IMG/VR virus record: IMGVR_UViG_3300024262_000111
Span: 1 to 37,049 of that record
Source of the DNA: a virus
Lineage: Duplodnaviria; Caudoviricetes
Strand: one strand, 5' to 3'
Length of the DNA: 37,049 nucleotides
In this document: positions 26,696-36,400 of the stretch, in pieces
Layout: the number at the start of each line of letters is the position of its first letter
How positions within the stretch are numbered: the first letter of the stretch is position 1
The notes under the pieces: model-generated
What the model saw: only the letters and a program-made list of their open reading frames with translations
Told to the model about the DNA's origin: nothing
Database searches by the model: none
Position numbers and translations under genes: made by a program

Positions 26696-26929
26696 ATGGC
26701 TCGAAAGTCTGGTTCCACGTTGCTTGATCGGATTGATTCTAAGTTGGATTTTCCATTGAGAAGGGCAGCGTGTTTCAACTGTGGCTTGGTTTACAATGGA
26801 TATAAAAGAACGGTTAAATGCCCAAAATGTAAAAATGTTATGCACACAGATTTAAAAAGCCGACAAACATTCATCACAGGCTCGTGGATTAAAATGAGCG
26901 ACTTCAAATCCGAAAATCACATTGTCTGA
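26696..26929 (+). CDS. Zn-ribbon protein
   Basis: CFNCG...CPKCK; GGGAG SD. Confidence 0.6.
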   Translation: MARKSGSTLLDRIDSKLDFPLRRAACFNCGLVYNGYKRTVKCPKCKNVMHTDLKSRQTFITGSWIKMSDFKSENHIV

Positions 26930-27004
26930 GCCGTTTTGAGATCTCATTCACTTTGGTATGTTATCCTTTGACTTGAAGATAATTCTTGAGTGGAGAGACA
27001 AAAC

Positions 27005-27220
27005 ATGGCAAGCAACGAGAGATACCAAGAGTGGACCGCTGTGACTGAAGCATCTGCTGCAAATTTGCCCACGGTTATCAATGCGAAATTAGCTGAACTC
27101 CCACCAGTGCAAACATATGGCACTGAAAAGGTTGTTGGCTCGCATTGGGTGTTCGACAAGGTTGTGGTTCAGGGCACGACGTTTGTGTTGTTCTTTTGGA
27201 GATGGAACCATCGGGTGTGA
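27005..27220 (+). CDS. hypothetical protein
   Basis: GGAG SD before ATG27005. Confidence 0.55.
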   Translation: MASNERYQEWTAVTEASAANLPTVINAKLAELPPVQTYGTEKVVGSHWVFDKVVVQGTTFVLFFWRWNHRV

Positions 27221-27229
27221 GGTTTTTCA

Positions 27230-27508
27230 ATGCCAATATTTGAATCAGAAGATGGTGAAGTGTTCTGGCTTGAAGAGAGCGCAACAAAGCCGAAAGATGT
27301 GAGACTTTGGAACCGGGCGAAGCAAGTTGCTTTGCTTGATAAAGACTATAGTCCTTACACTGCCAAGCTCATCAGTCGCAGAATTTATGCGATGCTAGGC
27401 GGGTCTTACGCACCAAAGAAATCTCCGAAGGAAAAGGGCAAGGTCAGATTCATCAAGCCAATGAAAATATCGAGACCAAAAAAAAGCACAGTCAAAAAAG
27501 GAAAGTGA
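27230..27508 (+). CDS. hypothetical basic-tailed protein
   Basis: GAGG SD; IFES and LEES motifs. Confidence 0.55.
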   Translation: MPIFESEDGEVFWLEESATKPKDVRLWNRAKQVALLDKDYSPYTAKLISRRIYAMLGGSYAPKKSPKEKGKVRFIKPMKISRPKKSTVKKGK

Positions 27509-27511
27509 ACG

Positions 27512-28771
27512 ATGAACATAGCAGACTTGGCCATCAAGGTTGAGCAAACAAGGCTTGCGAATTTGCTCAAACAGAAGCTTTTTGAGTCATATGATTTGCA
27601 AGAGGCGATGAGTGTTGGTGAGGCTTTGAAGGTTTTGAAGCTCACAGGTGAAGAGCTTGGCGATGAAGCCAAAGTGAAGAAGGCGTATCACCAAGCGGCG
27701 ATGGTCGCTCATCCCGATAGGGGTGGCTCCGAAGAGATGATGAAGCTCGTGAATGATGCTTACGAGTCACTGAAGGGAAAGTCTGGTTCAAGTGGAACAT
27801 GGACTTCTTCTGTTGATCGAGAGAAAAACAGACAAGAGATGCAAAGAAAAGTGCAAATCATCAAACAATATCTCGCAAAAGAAGTGCGGGTTGATGAGTT
27901 CTTGGCTCACTTGAAGAAGTGGGATAGCACTTTTGAAGTTGTGTCGAAGAATATCTATCCTGATGACGACAACATGCATTATCCAACTTTTCCAAACATG
28001 AAAATTGTTTTTCAAAATGCAGACAAGACAAGAAGGTTTTATCTTGCGTTTGATGTGAATCCGAGTGAGTTGGTGCCAGCGTTGGGTGGGGATACATTCA
28101 CCTTACCAATTTCGGCGGTGACTTCAGTGTACGTCGATGGCAAGCAACAGAAAATCAAACAGTCTAATTACACATTCACCAGTGACGCAGCTGCGATAAT
28201 TGATCCGGAAAGGCTTTTCCCATCGGCAAGGTTGAACAAGATTTTTTCAGGTGAGGCAAGAAAGGGTTCCAAGTTTGCAAGAAGGGATATGGAGTCAGCA
28301 TTGATTTCAGAGCTTTCGGCAAAGATTATAGACACCAATGCTTATATCCCGATTGGTTCCGGTCCAGACGGCGATCCTTTTTTCATGATGATCTATCGCA
28401 CAGTGCTCATGCGGCAAGCGGCGTGGACTTTTGCAGGTGTGTATCGGCAAAAAGGTATTTCCTTGAGGCAAGCGGCGAGAAGTTATTCAGTGACGCTTTC
28501 AGAGTCTTACGACACAATCAAAGCCTTGCGAGCGATTCAAGATGAAGCCATGAAGCTCGATCCAAGCGAGAAGTCTCAATTTGTTTTGAAGAAAACTGAT
28601 GAGATGCATGAAAAGCAAAGAGAAGAATTGAAACAGTACATGAGCAAGAAAGAATCTCTTGGCGAAGATGATTTAGATGAAGCAAGAAAGAAAAAAGAAG
28701 TTGTTCCAGCTGAAACTTTGGAAGCTAAAATAGACGCTATTCGATCTTGTTATGCTAGTGGTATCAAGTGA
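27512..28771 (+). CDS. J-domain (DnaJ-like) protein
   Basis: ALKVLKL...VKKAYHQAAMVAHPDRGGSEEMMKLVNDAYESL. The J-domain is preceded by LFES and LQEA motifs. Confidence 0.85.
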   Translation: MNIADLAIKVEQTRLANLLKQKLFESYDLQEAMSVGEALKVLKLTGEELGDEAKVKKAYHQAAMVAHPDRGGSEEMMKLVNDAYESLKGKSGSSGTWTSSVDREKNRQEMQRKVQIIKQYLAKEVRVDEFLAHLKKWDSTFEVVSKNIYPDDDNMHYPTFPNMKIVFQNADKTRRFYLAFDVNPSELVPALGGDTFTLPISAVTSVYVDGKQQKIKQSNYTFTSDAAAIIDPERLFPSARLNKIFSGEARKGSKFARRDMESALISELSAKIIDTNAYIPIGSGPDGDPFFMMIYRTVLMRQAAWTFAGVYRQKGISLRQAARSYSVTLSESYDTIKALRAIQDEAMKLDPSEKSQFVLKKTDEMHEKQREELKQYMSKKESLGEDDLDEARKKKEVVPAETLEAKIDAIRSCYASGIK

Positions 28772-29171
28772 AGTGTTAGCTCCAATTTCAGATATTCAAG
28801 AGAGTGTTGTTCCCCAAGAGGTGCGAGATGAGATTTCTGAATATCAAAGATGGAAGTCCAATGATTCTGATGATCCGATGGATTACATCGAGGATAGCGA
28901 CTATCTTACAGCCATGAGAGATGTGTTAGAGTTTGGTTCAAAGATGGATTCGTTTGTGTTCGATGTTAAAAATCGTGCTCCGATAAAACGATATATTGAT
29001 GATTTAAACTATTATTTTAAATCGTTAGAAAAGGTATCTAGTTTTGATACTATTTCTTGGCCTGAGTCTTTTGAGAAGGCGGTTAATGCATTGTTATCCG
29101 CATTCTACGCTTCTGTTTTATTGAGCAAAGCGGCTCCAAAGAAGCCTGAAGAAGAGACTGAAGATATCTAA
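28752..29171 (+). CDS. acidic hypothetical protein
   Basis: 139-aa ORF overlapping the end of the J-domain gene; weak SD. Confidence 0.5.
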   Translation: MLVVSSEVLAPISDIQESVVPQEVRDEISEYQRWKSNDSDDPMDYIEDSDYLTAMRDVLEFGSKMDSFVFDVKNRAPIKRYIDDLNYYFKSLEKVSSFDTISWPESFEKAVNALLSAFYASVLLSKAAPKKPEEETEDI

Positions 29172-29247
29172 TTTTTGACCAAGAAATCTGTTAATCATCC
29201 ATATCCTACTACCATCATTAATATTTTTAAAATTCTCAAAAAAATAA

Positions 29248-29284
29248 CTCAAGTTTTTTATATCTAGGTCGATATGTTTATTAA
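29248..29284 (+). promoter_or_regulatory. sigma28/FliA-type promoter
   Basis: TCAA-15bp-GTCGATAT (consensus TAAA-N15-GCCGATAA), then NNN-TATTAA. Same pattern as the site at 30816-30852. Confidence 0.6.
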
Positions 29285-29319
29285 GGGGAAGTGATTGTCA
29301 CTTCCTAAAGGGAGGATTT

Positions 29320-30045
29320 ATGAAAAAAACAAAGTTGAGCCAAGCATTCTCGGAGCTAAGAAAAAGAGGATATGTAGCGTATCAATCTACCACTACCGAA
29401 AAGATCCAAGCCAAGCTATTACAAGGTAAAAACAAAGGAGCTTGCTACTACAGAACCGAGGATATGAAAGATAAATTATATATCAGTTTTAGTGGTCAGA
29501 GTAATGAACAAGAAAGCTTTGAGGTAGCTGCTACCGAAATCCTAGAAGTGTTAGCGACAAACGGGATTGTAGCAACTTGGGATGGTAATAACTCACTCAC
29601 AACGGGAGACAAGGGTATGAAAGACTTATCATACAAGCGGTGGTTGATGTCACCTCAGCTTGAGAGCCAACGTGGACGCACCTATAACCTAGGCTATGCC
29701 GCAATATATTGGAAGGAACCTCACCCAAACTTGCAGGAAGCCTATATCTTAGACGGTATGCATGACGGGTGGTTTCGCAAAGATGTGCTATACGGAGAAG
29801 GAAAAGGTTACGGGTTAATGCTACGGGATATCAAAATCACTAGCAAGGAGCCTTGGGAATGGGCTGACGGGCATCTGTACCTAGTGAAGTTTACCTATTT
29901 AAGTAATAACGTGGACTATGACGACGGCTCAAGGATATCGAGTCTTGGGTATCTCTATGTAAATGAGGACGTGACAGTAGAAGATGTTTTACAGTATATC
30001 AAAGACAACTCAGCAAATTGGGTACCTTGTGGGAATATTCGGTGA
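29320..30045 (+). CDS. hypothetical protein, probable in-frame fusion of two genes
   Basis: GGAGG SD. N-half LSQAFSELRKRGYVA...EILEVLATNGIVATWDG is DUF6891-like. Internal GGAG...ATG at 29617. Confidence 0.6.
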   Translation: MKKTKLSQAFSELRKRGYVAYQSTTTEKIQAKLLQGKNKGACYYRTEDMKDKLYISFSGQSNEQESFEVAATEILEVLATNGIVATWDGNNSLTTGDKGMKDLSYKRWLMSPQLESQRGRTYNLGYAAIYWKEPHPNLQEAYILDGMHDGWFRKDVLYGEGKGYGLMLRDIKITSKEPWEWADGHLYLVKFTYLSNNVDYDDGSRISSLGYLYVNEDVTVEDVLQYIKDNSANWVPCGNIR

Positions 30046-30178
30046 TTCTGCGAGTATTGGAGTAGAAGTGAAGAAGAGGATTGAAGCTGCCATTTCATTT
30101 AGTGTGTACGGCACTGAAACCTAATAGCTCGTTCCCGCTTCGGGGATACAAAATCATTATCATCTAAAATTTCAATGG

Positions 30179-30613
30179 TCAAACCTTGGAAAAAATTGCG
30201 AAGGATTTGTTTTCAAAGATTGTTGTAAAACCTTCGGGACAGGTCACACACCGTTGCCAACATCCTCTTCCTGGCTGGCCTTCTTTGGGCAAATCCCGAC
30301 GAACTGTGATGAAGACTTTGTTGCCTAATCGTGAAAGCTCGTGGAGAATTTTCTCTTGCGTTTCAACCGTGACTACGTTCAGCACAAAAGTGCATAAAAC
30401 ATTGTCATGATGTGTTGGAGTCTTTGGTAGATAGTGTGGGTCGTAACCGTTAGCGGCGAAGCCTAGCGATTGCAGTGCGGCAACATCAGCGCCTTTTCCA
30501 CAGCCATAATCAAGCACGCTTCCGCTTATTAGCAAGTTCTTCTCTAATAGAAACTTGAGTGGAGCAGATGCTCCTTTGCGGGTCATTGCGGTTTTGAATC
30601 CTGTTATGCTCAT
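30179..30613 (-). CDS. small class I SAM-dependent methyltransferase
   Basis: VLDYGCGKGAD, GYDPHY, LCTFVLNV, FITVRRD; AGGAG SD. Confidence 0.85.
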   Translation of the reverse strand: MSITGFKTAMTRKGASAPLKFLLEKNLLISGSVLDYGCGKGADVAALQSLGFAANGYDPHYLPKTPTHHDNVLCTFVLNVVTVETQEKILHELSRLGNKVFITVRRDLPKEGQPGRGCWQRCVTCPEGFTTIFENKSFAIFSKV

Positions 30614-30689
30614 GTTCTGATCTCCTACGGCTGATTGACGTTAACATTTCACGATGTTTGAGATTCAAACAATCTTAGCATCAACAGAT

Positions 30690-30797
30690 TCACACCAAAC
30701 AAAGTCGATCGTATTCCAGGCAAAGCTCAATCCAAGAAATCTTGCCGTCTTTGTACTCTTGGTAAATTTTTGCCCATTCAATTTCTTTCTCAGTCAT
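30690..30797 (-). CDS. 35-aa small protein
   Basis: GGGAG SD then MTEKEIEWAKIYQEYKDGKISWIELCLEYDRLCLV*, directly downstream of the sigma28-type promoter. Confidence 0.5.
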   Translation of the reverse strand: MTEKEIEWAKIYQEYKDGKISWIELCLEYDRLCLV

Positions 30798-30815
30798 GTT
30801 TCTATCTCCCTTCTG

Positions 30816-30852
30816 TTAATATCTATATCGACAGTTTGTGCTAAAACTTTAG
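30816..30852 (-). promoter_or_regulatory. sigma28/FliA-type promoter
   Basis: Minus strand reads CTAAAGTTTT...: TAAA-15bp-GTCGATAT-AGA-TATTAA. Confidence 0.65.
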
Positions 30853-30887
30853 TCTTTTTTCGTTTCTTCGAGCAAAATAGGTGATCA

Positions 30888-33035
30888 ATGGCAAAACTTT
30901 TATTTGCGTATAACTTCCCAGAGAGACAATACAAAGAACTTTTGAAAGCTGTGAAGCAAAAGACTAGCTCAATTCAGAGTGAACCTGTGGCTTGGCCGCA
31001 TGTGTCTGTTGCTTACATCGAGCAAGACGTTCCAAAAGAACTGAGGCAACAGATAGTTGCGATGCCAAGACCGACGTTCAAGATTGTGAGTATAAAAGTT
31101 TTTGATGGTCAGGCGTCAAACCCTATGAGTTATCTTGTGCTTACTTTAGATAAACCAAAAGAGTACCAAGATGTTCAGAGGTTCATTGCGCAAAAGCTCG
31201 ACGTGACAGTGAGAGAAGACCACACGCCACATGTGAGTTTGTTGCAGTTTCCCAAAGAGAATGCGGAGCAAATGAGGCAATTGTTGCCGGAGATTGAAGG
31301 AAGCATCAAGGTGGCTTCTTATCCATTTGCAGTTTCAAACCCAGCATTTTGGGAGAATTTTGCAGCGTCGGATATCTACGAACACATTAATGAGAGTGTG
31401 CAATTGTCTGCACTGGTTGAGAGTTTGGCCTTCAATCCTTTGCAAGAAAAGACGCTTTACCATGGAACGAACAAGTTGTTCAAAGAGTTCGATCCGAAAG
31501 CTTCAACAAGGAATGGCACGGTGTACGGGAACGCTTCATACTTCACTGCCAGTCAGAAAGTAGCATCCGACTATGCTGGTGATGATGATAATTCAAATGT
31601 TCATATTGTTGATATTGACACTGACACCAGTAGGTTTTGGGATGTGTCTGACTATGAAGAATATGCATCAATATCTAAAAAAATAGGATACAAACCCCTA
31701 CCAAATGACAAGCAAAGAAATTGGTTTTTTGTTTTAGCAAGACAAATGGAACAAGATGAAAATCTGATTGATGCATTCGATTATGCTGATCATTTAGCTT
31801 CTAAGCTTCAAGAGCTGGGTTATGCTGGGGTTATGATTCCAAGTCGTATGATGGGCAAAGAATCAGCTGATATGTATGTGGTGTATGACAAGAAAGCTAT
31901 CAAACATAAATTCGGCACAGAACTAGATGAAGAGCTTCAACTCAAACCAATTAAATGGATTTATCCAACTGATGAACAACTGCAAGATGAGTTTCATGAA
32001 GGTGAAATTGATAACCTATTTCTTGATATTGCTTATCCAAAGCCAGAGTATAAAAAGCAAGCCTTTGAATTTTTCAAGAATAACCTGAAGCAAGAAACTA
32101 TTGATCCAAAGAAGTTAGATCCGAAGAACAAATTCCGCTTCGACTTCGACTCCTACAAACAATTCAGAGACCAAGTGACTAGGTACGGTGGAGCCAAAGA
32201 TCCGGATTCGATGGTCAGGAAGGTTCAAGCTGGTGGCTCGCTCCCAATGCCAGTTGTGGTCAAGCAGAGGAATGGCACTTACCTTTTGGGTGGTGGTGCA
32301 ACCAGAGTGTCGATTGCAAGGCTTGCAGGGCAAATGGTGGAAGCACTGGTGATTGATGAAGACGCTTCTTTGAAGTGGAGAGCACTTGATCAGAAGAGAA
32401 TCATCGACAGTTTCGTCGCTAGGTACAATGCGCAAAAGGAACTGGAGTTTGTCAAAAAGTTTGACAGGTCTGCTATATCTAAACCTTTAGGGCTTTTAAA
32501 AAAGGATTTAGAATCTTTTAATTTTAATGACACAGAGAAATTTCATATCGTTGTTCTTTCAGGCATGTGGGAAAAATATCTCAAGCTTTTAGGCAAGCCT
32601 TCAACAATTGAAAAGGATATTGAAGATTTGCTATTAGGTGAGGCGAATCTTGCTTACCGCAAGCCAACCAGGGAAGTGAGAACCCCGTCGCCACATTTGC
32701 CTTTGGCATTCCTAAAGAAGCTCCAAGACAACTACTACATTTCAGAAACAGGTATTGAGTACGTCTCCGATGAAGTTGACCAGTTGATTGCGCAAAAGCA
32801 GGGAGACTTGGGCAAGCGATTTGGCATCAAGAAAAGGGCTGTGAAGTATGAGATGAAGCCAATCTCTGATGATGAGTTCTTTGACCAGCTTGGTACAAGT
32901 CCAGAGCTTCACGTTGTTCACACCAAGGGTGGTGTTGAGGTGTTCGATCCTTTCGGGGATCTGGTGATGAAGTCACACGACGGGCAATTTTTCAGCTCGT
33001 TTGGCACTGTGCATTCTTTGGACACTAAGCACTGA
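30888..33035 (+). CDS. polyvalent protein A: 2H phosphoesterase + ART-like + ParB/Srx-like + unknown module
   Basis: PHVSV...PHVSL (two HxS motifs); LYHGT...YG...YFT; LPMPVVV...LLGGGATRV. Modules are separated by INES, LVES, LQE, LDEE and LGEA. Confidence 0.8.
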   Translation: MAKLLFAYNFPERQYKELLKAVKQKTSSIQSEPVAWPHVSVAYIEQDVPKELRQQIVAMPRPTFKIVSIKVFDGQASNPMSYLVLTLDKPKEYQDVQRFIAQKLDVTVREDHTPHVSLLQFPKENAEQMRQLLPEIEGSIKVASYPFAVSNPAFWENFAASDIYEHINESVQLSALVESLAFNPLQEKTLYHGTNKLFKEFDPKASTRNGTVYGNASYFTASQKVASDYAGDDDNSNVHIVDIDTDTSRFWDVSDYEEYASISKKIGYKPLPNDKQRNWFFVLARQMEQDENLIDAFDYADHLASKLQELGYAGVMIPSRMMGKESADMYVVYDKKAIKHKFGTELDEELQLKPIKWIYPTDEQLQDEFHEGEIDNLFLDIAYPKPEYKKQAFEFFKNNLKQETIDPKKLDPKNKFRFDFDSYKQFRDQVTRYGGAKDPDSMVRKVQAGGSLPMPVVVKQRNGTYLLGGGATRVSIARLAGQMVEALVIDEDASLKWRALDQKRIIDSFVARYNAQKELEFVKKFDRSAISKPLGLLKKDLESFNFNDTEKFHIVVLSGMWEKYLKLLGKPSTIEKDIEDLLLGEANLAYRKPTREVRTPSPHLPLAFLKKLQDNYYISETGIEYVSDEVDQLIAQKQGDLGKRFGIKKRAVKYEMKPISDDEFFDQLGTSPELHVVHTKGGVEVFDPFGDLVMKSHDGQFFSSFGTVHSLDTKH

Positions 33036-33049
33036 GATATCTCTTTTCA

Positions 33050-33388
33050 AGTCGAATAACCAAGAGTAATTGTAATACAATATACAAAGGATTGAATAAA
33101 TCAATCAATGATGTTGGTTGGTATAGCTTTCTTTCAATACTGGAATACAAAGCACAAAGCCTTGGCAAGACTTTGAAAAAAATTCCACCGTTCTACACTA
33201 GCCAAACATGTTCTAGTTGTGGGATCATTATGCAGAAGTCTCTTTCAACAAGAACACACCGATGTGAATGTGGTCTTGTCATGAATCGGGATGAGAATGC
33301 AGCAATAAATATTTTGGGATTGGGAATGCAATCCTTGACTTCGTAAGAAGCCTAGAAGCCTTTTCTATTTTCAGGAAAGGAACGTTCA
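33050..33388 (+). mobile_element. tnpB: IS200/IS605 remnant: 3' fragment of tnpB plus right end
   Basis: GLNKSINDVGW..F...LEYKA, YTSQTCSSCG, HRCECG, RDENAAINI. Followed by AGAAGCC, a hairpin and GTTCA at 33384-33388. The N-terminal part is absent. Confidence 0.85.
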
Positions 33389-33429
33389 TCAGGGTAAGAA
33401 GGTCAAGCTCAACAAACCCCAACGTGGGG

Positions 33430-36400
33430 ATGTTAAAAAATACAGAGGTTTTTGTGAAAGATGGGTTGTGTCGGATGTGGGGGAAGCAAAAAGTTTCGGA
33501 TATGGTCGAGAGTCTTGCATTTCAGCTAGATGAAAAACTTTACTCTTACGGCAACGTTCTCAGGCCACCGCACAGCTTCATGCCACCTTGGGAGAAGTAC
33601 GATCCGGAAGGTTCAATTGAAGACAAAAAAGATAGATGGTGCCGACACGGTATTGTTTATTACAAAGAGCCTTTAACTCCTGAACAGGTCAAGAAGTTTG
33701 AACTAATGCCTTTTGGTGATGAACAAAGACTTCAAACAATCTCAAAAGAATTGAAACAAAATGAATACTTTGACAAGTACGTTGCGTTGGGTGAGCGTGG
33801 AATTGAAGCTTTACGTTCTAAGGTTTTGGATAGACACGTTATTCATCCTTCAGAGTTAGATAAAGTCATGAGTATGGCTTTGGTTAATGAAGACAATGAA
33901 GAAAAAAAAGAGTTGAATGGCTTAATACATTCATCTAAAAGATCCGATAAGGTGAATGAAGGGAGAGAGCCATGTTCAAATCATTTAACGAATTCCTCGC
34001 ACATGAGCCAAAAGAGCGAGATTCTTTACAACAAATCAAATCATTCCTCGAATCTTCCGAAGGAAAACAAAAGTTTACCTCAGACAATGGAGAGGACGAA
34101 TATAATCGAGTCATTGGGGAAATACAAAGGCATCGAAGCAAGTGACCAAGATAATGATACGATTGAAGTCGTCACCGAAAGCTTCTCGATGGATGAAATC
34201 AATGCATTTGCCTCTGAGGTCATAGCGAAGGTCTTCAATAATGAGTTCAAGCTTCCGGCAATAGAGTTGAAGACATCTAGTCGAGGTGATTGGGCGGCTA
34301 GGGCCCATGCGAAGTTCAAGAGAGAAACCGCCGATGGTGGTCCCTATGATTGGTGGATTGAGATACAAAAGCGAGCCTTACAGAACACTGACTTCGTGAA
34401 GAGTTCTATTGCTCATGAGCTTATTCATATTTGGCAGTATCTCAATATTCCGTATTCCAAGTTCATCAATATGGATGCTCATGGGGAATCCTTTGAGCGT
34501 TGGATGAACAAGATCAATTCCATTTATGGACAGGATTTCGTCACCAAGAGAACGACGTGGAAGGATACGAAGTCGAAAGAGTATTACTTGTTTATCAAGC
34601 CAACAGGCAAGCTAGATGAGTATGCGTATGCAACATCTTTCCGGGTGACGCAAGGAATCAAGGACTTGGTCAAACGTCAAAGTGAGCTTCGAGTTGTTCG
34701 TACAGACGAGCCGGATTTCGAGAATGGAAGGCCGTTTAAGAGAGGTGGTCCATTCTCAGTGGGGGGAACTCCTGAGAAGCAAGCTAAGCTGAAGGAGCTG
34801 TACAACTCAGGTAAGCATGTTGCGTTTGAGTCTTCAGACTTCGCTAATTTTGCTAGCCGTGGAATGAAAGAGCTTAGTTATACTACTGATCTTCCGGTTG
34901 GAGTTGAAGAAGGTGATTTTTATTCATTTGATAAGATACATCCAAGTGATTTGCAGATAGTTAATCAAAAAAATGAAGAAAATCTTGTTGAAAGTGTGCA
35001 GTCAGAGAGAGAGATTCGCTCGATTAGATATCACGTTACCTCTCATGGTGATGAAATTCGTAAAGATGGGTTTAGGAAAACTAATCAGGGGGGAATTGGT
35101 AAAGGTGGTACGACTACTTCTGGGAATTTGTTTACATTTTCAACATTGAGTCGAGCACAGGAGTTAAAGCAAGGACTTGAGAATTTAGAAAAGATCCGTA
35201 TATCAAAAGATCCTCTTTCTTTAGTGAAACACTCCAAGTACATAGATAGAGCAAGAGAAGACATACAGGCTAGGTATGGAAAGGCCACAGACAGACAAGT
35301 CGCTTTATATTTATCGACTACCTATGCACCATATACTTCCTTTGATTTTGATGGTCCTGAACGTATATTTGAAATATTGAAGGTGGACGTTTCTAGTGCT
35401 GAACCTATAGCTCAACACGACGATGAAGAAATATGGAATCCTGAAGATGTAAAACTTGTCGAAGAAAATAAAGGATTAAATGAAAGTGTGCAGTCAGAAA
35501 GAGAGATTCGCTCGCTTGCGAAACTAGTTCTCGCTTCTTTAACCAGAAACGCACTCAAGCACCAAAGACTCAACGGGGTGGCGGCAAACACTTCACAGTT
35601 CAGCAATTCAATGGAATGGAATGAACTGCAAGCGTTTCTGAACGAGTGGAACATTCAGGTCATCTTGTCTGAAGCTGATAGCAACACGCTTGGTTCTTGG
35701 GTGTCTTCTGAAAAGACCATTCACTTGTCTGACAATCCTGGCAGTGGGGTTGAGGGTGTTGATTCTGGCATCAATCGAGCGTTGAAAGATGCCATCTTGA
35801 ACAATTCTAAAGACACTTTCGCAAGACAAATGGAGAATGTTTACCTGGGCACATTGGTGCATGAATTGACTCATGCGTTTGATGATTATCGTTCCAAGGG
35901 CAAGTTCAAAAAAGATAGTTACAAAGCTGATATTAAGTCCAAAGATTATTGGCTTGATCAAATAGAAATCAATGCAAGGTTTGCAGAAACCTCAGCAAAG
36001 CTAAGAAACCAAAAAGTGAGTTTGGACGATGGCAAAGGCTTTGAAAGTTACATGCAGTCTTTCAGGCAATCCATTCAAGCTTGGGAAGATATGCCAGAGT
36101 GGGTTCAGAAGCGTCTGACTGGCAGAATGTATCAAGAGTACAGCGAGCTATCCAAAGAAGAGAAGAACGAAATCCTAGTAAAAAATGCTTACAAGACTTT
36201 GAACTCTGCTTTGAAAAGTTTGGATAGCAATTCATCTTTGCCAGAAGAAATAATGACTACAAGTCAAGACAAGAGACTGAAGTACGATGATGACTATACG
36301 GTGAATCAGGTTGAGACCTTGAGTGCGATGTTGAAAGAGGCAATCTTCAACGATGCTAAGTATTCAGGTAATATGAAATGGGTTAGATATTTACTAGAAA

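Noticed and set aside
28680-28771. Programmed frameshift joining the J-domain gene to 28752-29171
   Set aside because: AAAAAAG is not in the required phase, and TAG at 28731 closes the downstream frame before the overlap.
33092-33346. Functional TnpB/Cas12f nuclease
   Set aside because: Only the C-terminal 90 aa or so remain; RuvC-I and the N-terminal lobes are missing.
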